Shown here one piece after another: positions 10,604 to 20,486 of a stretch of 64,000 nucleotides of DNA. The notes under the pieces were generated by a model. That model worked only from the letters and a program-made list of their open reading frames with translations, ran no database searches and was not told the DNA's origin. The DNA is from Polyangiaceae bacterium (GTDB lineage: Bacteria > Myxococcota_A > Polyangia > Polyangiales > Polyangiaceae). The DNA is taken from positions 64,001 to 128,000 of the forward strand of contig JAPSGB010000008.1 in assembly GCA_035063585.1 (NCBI GenBank), read 5' to 3'. The translations under genes were made by a program, and so were the position numbers. Position 1 is the stretch's first letter, and each line of letters starts with the position of its first letter.

Positions 10604-10687
10604 CGCGGACACCTTAGCGCCTGCGCGCGCGGCCGCCCCTCGGCGCGGGCCCGGCGCGCCTGCTCGAGCTCCGCCCGCGATGATGAG

Positions 10688-10707
10688 ATTCAACCAAATG
10701 GTTGAAT
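10688..10707. promoter_or_regulatory. Perfect palindromic operator-like site ATTCAACCA-AA-TGGTTGAAT
   Basis: AT-rich 9-bp perfect inverted repeat with 2-bp spacer in the intergenic region upstream of hrpB. Confidence 0.7.
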
Positions 10708-10799
10708 ATAACGCTCGTCGAGCGAACCACGTGCTCGAAGCGGTGCGCCGGTCGCCGGCCGCGCCGACCCGGCACCCTCCACCGGGCCTCGACGGCCGC

Positions 10800-11513
10800 T
10801 CAGCCGCGGATCCGGATCGCCCAGGTGAGCTTGACGACGTTCTTCAGGACGTTCGGGACGCGCTTGAAGAGGTTGATCGAGGGCGGGCGCTTCTCGATGA
10901 CGCGGATCGGGATTTCGCGGATCGCGAGCCCGGCGCGATACGCGCGGATGACGAGCTCGCTCGCGAACACGTCCTTGTCGACCAGGCACGCGCGCACGAT
11001 GGGCAGCACGGTCGCGGCGCGGAACGCCTTGAGGCCGTGGGTGTCGGTGCCGCGGAAGCCGAGGAGACCTCGGAGGAGCCCGGTGTAGAAGATGCTCGCC
11101 GCGTGGCGGATCCATGGTCGATCGTCCTCGGCGCCGCCGATGAGCTTCGAGCCGATCACCATGTCTACCGCGCCACCTTCGAGCAGCTCGACCGCGCGGC
11201 GGTGGAAATCCGCGTCGCAGAGATCGATCTCGTCGCAAATGATGAGCTCGCCCTGCGCTGCGAGCGCCCCCTCGCGGAGCGCCTTGCCGTAGTTCGGCTC
11301 ACCCGCCGAGAGTGAGCGGACCTCGGGGTACTTCTCCGATAGCTCACGGGCGAGCTCGACCGTGCGATCGGTCGAGCCGTTCTCGGCGATGACGATCTCG
11401 TAGCTCCAACCGAGCGGCGCGAGGCGCTCGCGCAGATCGACGATCGCCGCGTGCAGGATCGCCTCCTCGTTGTAGACGGGGATGACGATGGAAATTCGAG
11501 GGGCGCTCTTCAT
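10800..11513 (-). CDS. Glycosyltransferase family 2 (DPM/DPG synthase-like)
   Basis: ISIVIPVYNE, ENGSTDRT, YGKALREG, DTHGLKAF. Confidence 0.88.
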   Translation of the reverse strand: MKSAPRISIVIPVYNEEAILHAAIVDLRERLAPLGWSYEIVIAENGSTDRTVELARELSEKYPEVRSLSAGEPNYGKALREGALAAQGELIICDEIDLCDADFHRRAVELLEGGAVDMVIGSKLIGGAEDDRPWIRHAASIFYTGLLRGLLGFRGTDTHGLKAFRAATVLPIVRACLVDKDVFASELVIRAYRAGLAIREIPIRVIEKRPPSINLFKRVPNVLKNVVKLTWAIRIRG

Positions 11514-11579
11514 CGCTTTCGGCGGCGAACGCTAGAGAACGGCCCGCCTGATGTCCAGCCCGACCGCGCCGCCTCGCCG

Positions 11580-14306
11580 TCAGTGAGCCAGGCTCCAGTC
11601 GGCGCCATGACCGATGTCGACCACCAAGGGGACGTTGAAGGGAGCGACGCCCTCCATCGCCGCGCGGATTTCCTCGATGGCGCGAGGGACCTCGCCGGTC
11701 GGGACCTCGAAGACGAGCTCGTCGTGGACGGTGAGCACCATGCGCGCGCCGGGGGTCGCCGGGTGGGCGAGCTTCAGCATGGCGAGCTTCAGCAGATCCG
11801 CAGCGGTGCCCTGGATGGGTGTGTTCATGGCGATGCGCTCGGCGGCGAGGCGCAGCGCGCGGTTACCGCTCTTGAGATCGGGCACCAGCCGCCTGCGGCC
11901 GAAGAGGGTCCGCACCGACTCGGCGAGGCGCGCCTCCGCGAGGGTGTCGTCCATGAAGCGCCGGACCCCCTCGTAGCGGCGAAAGTACGCGGCGATGAAG
12001 CTCGAGGCCTCGGCTCGCGAGATGCCGAGGCTCTTGGCGAGCCCGCTGTCACCTTGCCCGTAGATGACCCCGAAGTTGACCGCCTTCGCGCGACGGCGGT
12101 GCTCCGGGGTGAGCTCGCTCGGGGGAAGCTCGAAGATCTCCATGGCGGTCCGGGCGTGGATGTCTTCGCCCTTCTGGAACGAGTCGAGGAGCACCGGATC
12201 TCGAGAGAGGTGCGCGAGCACGCGCAGCTCGATCTGCGAGTAGTCGGCGCTCACGAGCTCGGTGCCCGGCGGCGCGACGAAGGCCGCGCGGATGGCGCGC
12301 CCGAGCGCGGTGCGGATCGGGATATTTTGCAGGTTCGGGTCGGTGGAGGAGAGCCGCCCGGTGGCGGCCACCGCCTGCTCCCACGAGGTGTGGATGCGGC
12401 CCGTCTCGGGGTTTACGAGGCGCGGGAGCGCGTCGATGTAGGTGCCCTTGAGCTTCGCGAGCTGGCGGAGCTCGAGGATGACGCCGGGCAGCGCGTGCTC
12501 CGAGCTGAGCGCCTCGAGCGTCTCGGCGTCGGTCGAGCGGCTCGTCTTGGTGCGCTTCAGCGGCTGGAGCCGGAGCTCGTCGAAGAGCAGGGTCTCGAGT
12601 TGGCGCGGCGAGTTCACGTTGAACTCGCGCCCGGCGAGCTGGTGCGCTTGCTGCTCGAGCAGGGTGAGCTCCCGGTCGACTCGCTCACCCTGTGCGCGGA
12701 GCCGCTCGGTGTCGACGAGCACCCCGACCCGCTCCATCTCCGCGAGCACGCTCGAGAGCGGCAGCTCGAGCTCGTCGAGCACCCGAGTGAGCCCGGCTTC
12801 CTCGAGGCGCGGAGACAATCGCTCCATGAGCCGGAGCGACAGATCGGCGTCCGCGGCCGCGTACGGCGTGGCCTCCTCGAGGGGCACCTCCTCGAAGGCG
12901 AGCTGGTGTCCGCGGGTCTTGCGGGTGACCTGATCGTAGCTGGTCATCACCACGCCGAGCTCGCGCTCCGCGAGCTCCTTGAGCCCGTGGCGCCGCTCGG
13001 GGTCGATGAGGTAGTCGGCGAGCCTCGAGTCGAAGACGACCCCCGCGAGCGGTAGCCCGTGACGGATGAGCACGCTCTCGTCGTACTTGAGGTTGTGTCC
13101 GGTCTTCTTCACGCTCGCGTCGGCGAGCACCGGGCCGAGCAGCTCTCGAACGACGGCGAGCTCGAGCTGCGCGGGCGCGCCGAGGTAGCGGTGCGCGACC
13201 GGGACGTAGACCGCGTGGCCCGGCGTCCACGCGAGGCTCAGGCCGACCAGCCTCGCGCGCGCCACCTCGAGTGAGGTCGTCTCCGTGTCGATGGCGGCGC
13301 GGCCGGCGGCGCGCACGGCGGCCGCGACGCCGGCGAGGGCGTCGCGGGTGACGACGCACTCGTAGCGCACCTCGACGGACGCGCCGGCAGGGTTGGGCGT
13401 CGCGCTCGCTCCTTCGCTCGGGGCGTCCTCGCGATCGAGCTCGGCGATCAAGCGGTGAAACCCGAGCTCGGCGTAGATCCGGCGGAGCCTCGCGAGGTCA
13501 CGCCCGCCGTAGCGGAGCGCCTCGCCGTCGAGCGTGATCTCGCAGTCGTCCTTGAGCGTGACCAGCGTCTGGCTGAGTCGCGCCTGCTCGCGGTGTTCCT
13601 CGAGCGCGTCGCGGAGCTTCTTGCGCTTGATGGCGTCGAGGTTCGCGTAGACGCCCTCGAGCGTGCGATAGCTGCCGAGGAGCTCGGCTGCCGTCTTCGG
13701 TCCGACCGAGGGCACGCCCGGCACGTTGTCGGAGGCGTCACCGACCAGGGCGAGGTAGTCGCGCACCTGATCGACGTGCACGCCGAAGCGCTCCTCGACC
13801 TCCGGGACACCGAAGACCCGGTCGCGCATGGTGTCCCACATCACCACGCGCGAGCCGACCAGCTGCATCAAGTCCTTGTCGGCGCTCACGATGACCACCC
13901 CGAGCCCGCGCTCTCGCGCCCGCTTCACCGCCGAGGCGATGAGGTCGTCGGCCTCGACGCCCGCCTGCTTCAAGATGGGGATCGCGAAGGCGTCGATGAC
14001 CTCCTCCACCCGCGCCATCTGCTGGATGAGATCCTCTGGCGCTGGCGGGCGGTTCGCCTTGTACGCGGGGTAGAGCTCATTTCTGAATGTCTCGCGCCCG
14101 GCGTCCATGGCGACGGCGAGGAGCGCCGGGCGGCGCTCGCGCACCAGCCGCTCGAGCATGCTGACGGTGCCGAACACCGCGTGGGTCGGCTCGCCGGATG
14201 GGCTCGTGAGCGGACGAATCGCGTGGTAGGCGCGAAACACGTAGCCGCTCAGATCCACGAGGTAGAGGACGTCAGCGGCGCCAGCCGGCTCGAGCGCGGT
14301 GGGCAT
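11580..14306 (-). CDS. polA: DNA polymerase I
   Basis: 5'-3' exonuclease (EADDLIA, SADKDL, GDASDN); 3'-5' exonuclease motifs intact (DTET, HNLKYD, YAAAD); polymerase (ADYSQIELR, KAVNFGVIYG, TVHDELVFE). Confidence 0.98.
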   Translation of the reverse strand: MPTALEPAGAADVLYLVDLSGYVFRAYHAIRPLTSPSGEPTHAVFGTVSMLERLVRERRPALLAVAMDAGRETFRNELYPAYKANRPPAPEDLIQQMARVEEVIDAFAIPILKQAGVEADDLIASAVKRARERGLGVVIVSADKDLMQLVGSRVVMWDTMRDRVFGVPEVEERFGVHVDQVRDYLALVGDASDNVPGVPSVGPKTAAELLGSYRTLEGVYANLDAIKRKKLRDALEEHREQARLSQTLVTLKDDCEITLDGEALRYGGRDLARLRRIYAELGFHRLIAELDREDAPSEGASATPNPAGASVEVRYECVVTRDALAGVAAAVRAAGRAAIDTETTSLEVARARLVGLSLAWTPGHAVYVPVAHRYLGAPAQLELAVVRELLGPVLADASVKKTGHNLKYDESVLIRHGLPLAGVVFDSRLADYLIDPERRHGLKELAERELGVVMTSYDQVTRKTRGHQLAFEEVPLEEATPYAAADADLSLRLMERLSPRLEEAGLTRVLDELELPLSSVLAEMERVGVLVDTERLRAQGERVDRELTLLEQQAHQLAGREFNVNSPRQLETLLFDELRLQPLKRTKTSRSTDAETLEALSSEHALPGVILELRQLAKLKGTYIDALPRLVNPETGRIHTSWEQAVAATGRLSSTDPNLQNIPIRTALGRAIRAAFVAPPGTELVSADYSQIELRVLAHLSRDPVLLDSFQKGEDIHARTAMEIFELPPSELTPEHRRRAKAVNFGVIYGQGDSGLAKSLGISRAEASSFIAAYFRRYEGVRRFMDDTLAEARLAESVRTLFGRRRLVPDLKSGNRALRLAAERIAMNTPIQGTAADLLKLAMLKLAHPATPGARMVLTVHDELVFEVPTGEVPRAIEEIRAAMEGVAPFNVPLVVDIGHGADWSLAH

Positions 14307-14418
14307 CTCTCGCGCCTCTAGCACGCCGGGGCGCTCCGCTCAGGGTGCGATTGCCGGAGGGGGGCGAGCCCATCGAGCGCTGGCGCTCGCGGGGCGGACC
14401 AGTTAGGCTCCCGGGGCG

Positions 14419-15813
14419 ATGTCCGAGGTCGAGGGTGCGGCTCCGTCCGGGCTCGTCGCCGGCAAGTACCGGCTGACCCGCCTGCTCGGAAAGGGGGGTA
14501 TGGGCTCGGTGTGGGAGGGGGTCCACACGAGCCTCGGCACCCGTGTGGCCGTGAAGTTCATCGAGGCCGAGTACGCCGAGAGCGCGGAGGCGCGGAGCCG
14601 CTTCCAGAATGAAGCCCGCGCCGCCGCGGCCCTCACCAGCAAGCACGTCGTGCAGGTCTACGACCACGGCGTGATGGACGACGGGCGGCCCTACATCGTG
14701 ATGGAGTTCCTCGCCGGTGAGCCGCTCGACCAGCGGCTCGACCGCCAAGGCCGGCTCGGGCTCGAGGAGACCACGCGCATCATCCATCAGGTGTGCCGCG
14801 CGCTCGCCAAGGCCCACGAGGCCGGGATCGTGCATCGCGATCTCAAGCCCGAGAACGTGTTTCTGGTGTGGGACGACGAGGATCGGGCAGACATCGTCAA
14901 GGTGGTCGACTTCGGGATCGCAAAGTTCACCGACGGGGTGACCGGCGCCTCCTCGGCGACGCGCACCGGCTCGTTGCTCGGGACGCCGAACTACATGAGC
15001 CCCGAGCAAGCGCGCGGGCTCCGCTCGGTCGATTTCCGCTCGGACCTCTGGAGCGTGGGAGTCATCACGTACCGCTGCGTGGTGGGAGAGCTGCCGTTCA
15101 ACGGCGAGGCCATCGGGGATCTGCTGGTGAAGATCTGTACGGCGCCGCTGCCGAGACCGTCGACCATGATCGGCGGCCTCTCGCCGGCGTTCGACGCGTG
15201 GTTCGAGCGGGCGCTCGCGCGCGAGCCGGGCCAGCGCTTCTCGAGCGCGGCCGAGCTCGCGGACTCGCTCGCGGCCGTGAGCGGGGCCCAGCTGCGCAGC
15301 GCGGCGCCCACCCCTCCGCCGACGGCTGGCCCAGGGGCTGGCCCGTATCCGTCCGCCCTGAAGAGCGGCCTGCCCGCGCTCACCCACGCGCCGACCACGC
15401 TCACGCCGTTCTCGGCCCGTCGCCCGAACCGGCGAGGTTGGGCGCTCGGGATAGGCGGCGGCGTCTTGGTGCTCGGCCTCGGCGCCGTGCTCATCGCGCG
15501 CGCTTCGGGGACCTCCGAGACCCTCGGCTCCGCCGCCTCCGCGGCGTCCGCTGCGCCCGCGGCGATCTCGGCCGAGCGCGGAGAGCCGCTCGCGCCCGTC
15601 GCCGCGGCGGAGCCCGCCGCCGCGGGCTCCGCGCCGGTGGCGCCGAGCGCCTCGGTGGACGAGGCGCCGTCTCCTGCGGAGACGCCCAAGCCGCCTCCCG
15701 CCAAGCCCCCGGTCGCGCGCCCGCCCGTGGCGCGCCCGCCCGTGGCGCGCCCGCCCGTCGCGCGCCCGCCCGCGCCCGGTCCGGCGCAGAAGCCCATCGA
15801 CACGGGGTATTGA
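14419..15813 (+). CDS. Hanks-type Ser/Thr kinase with TM helix and Pro/Ala-rich tail
   Basis: GKGGMG, VAVK, HRDLKPEN, DFG, YMSPEQ; TM ALGIGGGVLVLGLGAVLIA; ends in IDTGY. Confidence 0.95.
   Translation: MSEVEGAAPSGLVAGKYRLTRLLGKGGMGSVWEGVHTSLGTRVAVKFIEAEYAESAEARSRFQNEARAAAALTSKHVVQVYDHGVMDDGRPYIVMEFLAGEPLDQRLDRQGRLGLEETTRIIHQVCRALAKAHEAGIVHRDLKPENVFLVWDDEDRADIVKVVDFGIAKFTDGVTGASSATRTGSLLGTPNYMSPEQARGLRSVDFRSDLWSVGVITYRCVVGELPFNGEAIGDLLVKICTAPLPRPSTMIGGLSPAFDAWFERALAREPGQRFSSAAELADSLAAVSGAQLRSAAPTPPPTAGPGAGPYPSALKSGLPALTHAPTTLTPFSARRPNRRGWALGIGGGVLVLGLGAVLIARASGTSETLGSAASAASAAPAAISAERGEPLAPVAAAEPAAAGSAPVAPSASVDEAPSPAETPKPPPAKPPVARPPVARPPVARPPVARPPAPGPAQKPIDTGY
15706..15765 (+). repeat. 15-bp tandem repeat x4 encoding (PPVAR)4
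   Basis: CCSCCSGTSGCGCGC repeated four times in the kinase tail. Confidence 0.9.
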
Positions 15814-15868
15814 GGCCCGGGCGAGCGCGGAGGCTTGACCCACGGCCGCTCGCGGCTCTACTGGGGCG

Positions 15869-17266
15869 ATGAACGAGGGAAGGGCTCGACGCCTCCGCCC
15901 CCCCGGCCTCCGCCGCATGTCGGCGATCGGCTGCGCGGTGACCTTGCTCGCGCTCGCCATGGCGAGTCCGGCGCGCGCGCAGTCCGACGCCGACAAGGCC
16001 GCCGCCCGCCAGCTCGCGACCGACGGCATCGTGCTCTACCGCGCGGGCAAGTACGCCGACGCGCTCGACAAGCTCGAGCGCGCGGAGGCGCTCTACGACG
16101 CGCCCGTTCACCTGCTCTACATCGCGCGCTGTCAGGCCCAGGTGGGCAAGCTCGTGGAGAGCGCCGAGACCTACCGCAAGCTCGTCCGCGTCGAGCTCGA
16201 GCCGAGCGCGTCCCAAGTGTTCAAGGACGCGCAGGCCGCCGGCGGGCCCGAGCTCGAGAAGCTCACGCCGCGCATCCCGGCGCTCCGGCTCGAGCTCACC
16301 CCCGCGCGCGTCGATGGGCTCGCCATCACGATCGACGGCGAGCCCGTGCCGGCCGCCATCCTGGGCGTCGACCGCCCGTCGAATCCGGGCGAGCATCGCG
16401 TCGAGCTCCGGGCGCCCGGCTACGCCTCGGTGAGCGAGACGGTCACGCTCGCCGAGGGCGAGAAGAGGAAGCTGCCGCTCCGGCTCGTGCCCACCTCGAG
16501 CCCGGAGCCGTCCGCCGCACCGACATCGGCGCCGGCGGGGCCGAAGGGCCATCCGGGGCAGCCGCGGCCCGCGGCTCGGCCGCCGAGCGGGTCGTCGTCC
16601 TCGTCGTCGGGGTTCGGATACATGCTCGGTCTGCGGCTCGGAGCCAGCATCCCGAGCGGCGAGCTCGCAACCCTGGGGCCGGCACGGACCACGGTGAAGC
16701 TGGCGGATGTCGCGAAGGCCGGCGCCGGCGTGGAGCTGCACGGGGGCGTCCGCTTCGCGAAGTACTTCACGCCGGTCTTCATCATCTCGGGCTCGGCGTT
16801 CCCGCCGGGTCCTTCGTTCGACAATCTGGGTGACCTCGCCGGGGTGAAGGCCACCACGACCGTCTCCCACACGACCGCGGGGCTCGGCGTCCTGGTCGGC
16901 ACGCCACGGGGCAAGCTCGGCTTCTTCGGCGAGCTCGATTTCATGCTGCTCGACAGCCTCTCCGCGGAGACGGAGTACTCGCCCGGCGACTGCACCGAGA
17001 AGTCGACCTTCACCGGCAACTCGTTCCGGCTGGGCGGGGGTGTCGTGGTGCCCGTGGCGAGCTACCTCCACCTGACGCCGGTCCTCACCGCCCAGTTCGG
17101 GTCCTATCGGGAGTTCACCCACGAGGCCTCCGGGGCGGGCTGCGCGCCGTACGGCGTCGAGAGCCAGAGCTACGAGATCAAAGACTCGGAGCGGGGGCTC
17201 CACACGCTCGTGTTCCTCGGGGTCGGCGGTGATTTCGTGTTCGGTGGCGACAAGCCTTCGAAATGA
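15869..17266 (+). CDS. Secreted TPR + PEGA-like protein with C-terminal outer-membrane beta-barrel-like domain
   Basis: Signal peptide ending ARA-Q; TPR-like helices; PEGA-like ITIDG..NPGEHRVELRAPGY; amphipathic strands ending GVGGDFVF; alternative start 15917. Confidence 0.75.
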   Translation: MNEGRARRLRPPGLRRMSAIGCAVTLLALAMASPARAQSDADKAAARQLATDGIVLYRAGKYADALDKLERAEALYDAPVHLLYIARCQAQVGKLVESAETYRKLVRVELEPSASQVFKDAQAAGGPELEKLTPRIPALRLELTPARVDGLAITIDGEPVPAAILGVDRPSNPGEHRVELRAPGYASVSETVTLAEGEKRKLPLRLVPTSSPEPSAAPTSAPAGPKGHPGQPRPAARPPSGSSSSSSGFGYMLGLRLGASIPSGELATLGPARTTVKLADVAKAGAGVELHGGVRFAKYFTPVFIISGSAFPPGPSFDNLGDLAGVKATTTVSHTTAGLGVLVGTPRGKLGFFGELDFMLLDSLSAETEYSPGDCTEKSTFTGNSFRLGGGVVVPVASYLHLTPVLTAQFGSYREFTHEASGAGCAPYGVESQSYEIKDSERGLHTLVFLGVGGDFVFGGDKPSK

Positions 17267-17359
17267 CACTTGAAACGGGCGATCTACAAGGCCGTGCAAT
17301 CAATTACATTCGGATGACATTCGGTCCTGGCTCGGGTGCTACCAGCGGATTGAAACCGC

Positions 17360-18886
17360 ATGGAAACCCTGCTGGTCCTGCTCTACTTCTCGGTCCTCCT
17401 CCTCCTCTGCGCCTACGGGCTGCACCGCGCGCACCTGGTGCTGATGGTGCTCAGGCACCGCAAGCAGCTAGCGGCCGCCGAGCGGACGCTCACGGTCGCG
17501 CGCGAGCGGCTCCCGAGCGTCACGGTTCAGCTCCCGCTCTATAACGAGGCGACCGTCGTCGCGCGGCTGCTCGAGGCCGCGGGGCGCATCGACTACCCGA
17601 GCGACCGCCTCGAAATCCAGGTGCTCGACGACTCGAACGACGAGACCGTGGGCATCGCCCAGGCCAAGGTCGAGGAGCTTCGCCGCCGCGGGGTGAACGC
17701 GGTGTACGTCCGTCGTCCCGATCGGGTCGGGTACAAGGCGGGCGCGCTCGACTACGGGCTCGGTATCGCGCAGGGCGAGCTCATCGCGATCTTCGACGCG
17801 GATTTCGTGCCGCAGCCGAGCTTCCTGCTCGACGTGGTCGGCCACTTCGAGGATCCCGTGATCGGCATGGTCCAGACGCGCTGGGGCCACATGAACCGCG
17901 ACGCGACGCTGCTCACCAGCGTGCAGGCCCTGATGCTCGACGGCCACCACCTGGTCGAGAACCGCGCGCGCTTCGGCGCCGGCTGCATGTTCAATTTCTC
18001 GGGGACGGGCGGGATCTGGCGCCGCGCGGCGATCGACGCCGCCGGCGGGTGGCAGCACGACACGCTCACCGAGGATCTCGATCTATCGTACCGCGCTCAG
18101 CTCGCCGGCTGGCGGTTCGTCTACCGCCCGGACGTGGTGACGCCGGCCGAGCTCCCGGAGGACATGTCCGCGTTTCGCGCGCAGCAGTACCGCTGGGCGA
18201 AGGGCACCGTCCAGACCGCGCGCAAGCTGCTCGGGCGCGTGCTCGGCGCCGAGCTCCGCCTGAGCCAGCGCATCGAGGCCTTCTTCCACCTCACGCCGCA
18301 TTTTGCCTATCCGCTGATGATGCTGCTCAGCGTCCTGCTCCTGCCGGCGCTCCTCTTGATGCCGGCCACCAACGTCCGCTCGATGCTGCTCATCGACGTG
18401 CCGCTCTGCTTGGGCGCGACCGGCTCGCTCGCGTCGTTCTACATGCTCGCCGAGCGCGCTCAGGGCCGCTCGGTCTGGTCGGCCGCGAAGCGCCTGCCGG
18501 CGCTCATCGCGCTCGGCGCCGGGCTCGCGCCGCACCTGAGCAAGGCGGTCTGGCAAGGGCTCGGGTCGATGGCCGGCGAGTTCGTGCGGACCCCGAAGCG
18601 CGGGATCACCGCCGGTCGCTATCGTCAGGCGGCGGATCTGCCCCTCATCGAGCTCGCGCTCACGCTCCTCAGCGCGGCGAGCGTGGTGGCGGCGGTGACC
18701 ACCGGGCACTGGCTCGCGACGCCCTTCGCGGCGCTCTTCATGTGCGGCTACGGCTACGTGGCCGGGCTGGTCCTTTCCGAGCAGGCGAGCCGCCGGCGCG
18801 CGGTGGTGCGCGCGGCGCCCGAGCCGAGCCTCGCCGCCGCGGAGCTCGCCGAGCTCTCCGCCACGGACATCGCTCGCGCAGCCTGA
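17360..18886 (+). CDS. Membrane GT2 glycosyltransferase, cellulose-synthase-like (CslA/CslC type)
   Basis: VQLPLYNE, QVLDDS, YKAGAL, FDADF, TEDLD, QQYRW (D,D,D,QxxRW) plus TM helices. Confidence 0.92.
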   Translation: METLLVLLYFSVLLLLCAYGLHRAHLVLMVLRHRKQLAAAERTLTVARERLPSVTVQLPLYNEATVVARLLEAAGRIDYPSDRLEIQVLDDSNDETVGIAQAKVEELRRRGVNAVYVRRPDRVGYKAGALDYGLGIAQGELIAIFDADFVPQPSFLLDVVGHFEDPVIGMVQTRWGHMNRDATLLTSVQALMLDGHHLVENRARFGAGCMFNFSGTGGIWRRAAIDAAGGWQHDTLTEDLDLSYRAQLAGWRFVYRPDVVTPAELPEDMSAFRAQQYRWAKGTVQTARKLLGRVLGAELRLSQRIEAFFHLTPHFAYPLMMLLSVLLLPALLLMPATNVRSMLLIDVPLCLGATGSLASFYMLAERAQGRSVWSAAKRLPALIALGAGLAPHLSKAVWQGLGSMAGEFVRTPKRGITAGRYRQAADLPLIELALTLLSAASVVAAVTTGHWLATPFAALFMCGYGYVAGLVLSEQASRRRAVVRAAPEPSLAAAELAELSATDIARAA

Positions 18887-18923
18887 GCCGCGCGGGCTGC
18901 CACCCGCAGCCTCGCGTCACCTA

Positions 18924-18951
18924 TGGACTTTTCGAGGTGCCCAGGTACTAT
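18924..18951 (+). promoter_or_regulatory. Sigma70-like promoter for ihfA-merR
   Basis: TGGACT-N16-TACTAT, 38 nt before ATG 18990. Confidence 0.45.
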
Positions 18952-18989
18952 CTCGGGGCGTCCAGGGCTACTCTGCCACGGGGGTACCG

Positions 18990-19349
18990 ATGACCAAGGC
19001 CGACATTGTCCAGGCGGTGTACTCGAAGCTCGGTGGCTTCTCGAAGAAGGAGTCCGCGGACCTGGTGGACCTCGTGTTCGAGACGATGAAGGAGACGCTC
19101 GGGCGCGGCGAGAAGATCAAGATCTCCGGGTTCGGGAACTTCGTCCTACGTGACAAGCGTGAGCGTCAGGGGCGAAATCCCCAGTCCGGCGACCCGATCG
19201 TGATCGCGGAGCGGCGGGTCTTGAACTTCAAGGCGAGCCAGCTCCTGAAGCAGGCGCTCAACGACGAGGACGGCGCCGGCGCGCCGGCCGCGGTGGCGAT
19301 GTCCGCGCCGGCGGCGCAGCCCGTCCTGGGCGCCGCAGCGAAGGAGTAG
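18990..19349 (+). CDS. ihfA: Integration host factor subunit alpha
   Basis: MTKADIV, IKISGFGNF, GRNPQSG, RRVLNFKASQ; followed by merR as in the usual ihfA-merR synteny. Confidence 0.88.
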   Translation: MTKADIVQAVYSKLGGFSKKESADLVDLVFETMKETLGRGEKIKISGFGNFVLRDKRERQGRNPQSGDPIVIAERRVLNFKASQLLKQALNDEDGAGAPAAVAMSAPAAQPVLGAAAKE

Positions 19350-19358
19350 CGTCGCTCG

Positions 19359-19745
19359 ATGGACCGCAAGGAGCTGCCGGTAAAGCTCTACTACCGCATC
19401 GGAGAGGTCGCCGGGCTGGTGGGGGTCGAGCCGCACGTGCTTCGCTATTGGGAGAGCGAGTTCAGCTCGATTCGCCCGCAGAAGTCCCGCCGCGGGCAGC
19501 GCATCTACTCCCGTCGCGACGTCGAGCGGCTGCTCACCGTGAAGGAGCTCCTCTACGGTCAGGGCTTCACCATCGCGGGGGCTCGCAAGCGGCTCCGCGA
19601 GGGCGCCATCCCGGCGGAGCCCGAGCCGAGCGCCGCCGCGTCGCCCGAGGTGGCCGAGCGCCTGAAGACCGCGCTCCACGGCCTTCGGGAAGAGCTCTTG
19701 GCGCACCTCGCAGCGCTCGAGACGGACGGCCGGCGGATCGGCTGA
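19359..19745 (+). CDS. MerR family transcriptional regulator
   Basis: [35 protein letters not shown]. Confidence 0.92.
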   Translation: MDRKELPVKLYYRIGEVAGLVGVEPHVLRYWESEFSSIRPQKSRRGQRIYSRRDVERLLTVKELLYGQGFTIAGARKRLREGAIPAEPEPSAAASPEVAERLKTALHGLREELLAHLAALETDGRRIG

Positions 19746-19923
19746 CGGGGCCGTCCTCGGGCAGGCCGGTCCGGCGCGGCCGGCGGCCGGGCGCGCCCGG
19801 TCGGCGCGGTAGGAACTTGCTCGTCACGCCCGCTTGACGCGCGGCCCGCGAGCGTCCAAATCCGTCCGGCGTCCCGGCCGCGCACCGGTGGTCGGAGCGC
19901 GCCGGGGCAAAGGAGCCCGTACC

Positions 19924-20427
19924 ATGGCGAGTGAAGGCCTGAACCGCGTGATGCTACTCGGAAACCTGGGCGCCGATCCCGAGCTCAAGATGACGAGCGG
20001 CGGGCAGGCGGTGCTCAAGATGCGGCTCGCCACCAGCGAGACCTACCTCGACCGCAACCGCGTGCGTCAGGAGCGCACCGAGTGGCACAGCGTGGTCGTG
20101 TGGGGAAAGCGAGCCGAGGCGCTCTCCAAGTTCCTCGCCAAGGGCTCCCGCTTGTTCGTCGAGGGCGGGCTCCGCACCTCGAGCTACGAAGATCGTGAGG
20201 GGAACAAGCGCTACAAGACCGAGGTCGTCGCCAACAACATCATCATGGCTGGCCGCGGCGGCGGCGGTGGCGGGCGCGGCGGCGATGACTACGGCCCGCC
20301 GGACGACGCGGCCGCTCCTCGCGGCGGAGGTGGCGGTGGCGGCGGTGGAGGCGGCGGCGGTGGAGGCGGTGGAGGCGGCTATGACGACGCCGACTACGGC
20401 GGTGGAGACGACGATATCCCGTTCTGA
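19924..20427 (+). CDS. ssb: Single-stranded DNA-binding protein
   Basis: [25 protein letters not shown], Gly-rich linker, C-terminal DDDIPF; AAGGAG RBS. Confidence 0.97.
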   Translation: MASEGLNRVMLLGNLGADPELKMTSGGQAVLKMRLATSETYLDRNRVRQERTEWHSVVVWGKRAEALSKFLAKGSRLFVEGGLRTSSYEDREGNKRYKTEVVANNIIMAGRGGGGGGRGGDDYGPPDDAAAPRGGGGGGGGGGGGGGGGGGGYDDADYGGGDDDIPF

Positions 20428-20486
20428 GCGCCGGGGCGCCCACGCTGGCGTCGCTCGGCCGGGGCTCGGCGGCGTAACGTGGCTGC

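Noticed and set aside
19746..19923. Possible tRNA-Pro after ihfA-merR, as found in many bacteria
   Set aside because: No cloverleaf, T-loop GTTCRA or CCA end visible.
20251..20380. GGN-rich tract (G-quadruplex or VNTR candidate)
   Set aside because: Explained by the normal Gly-rich SSB linker.
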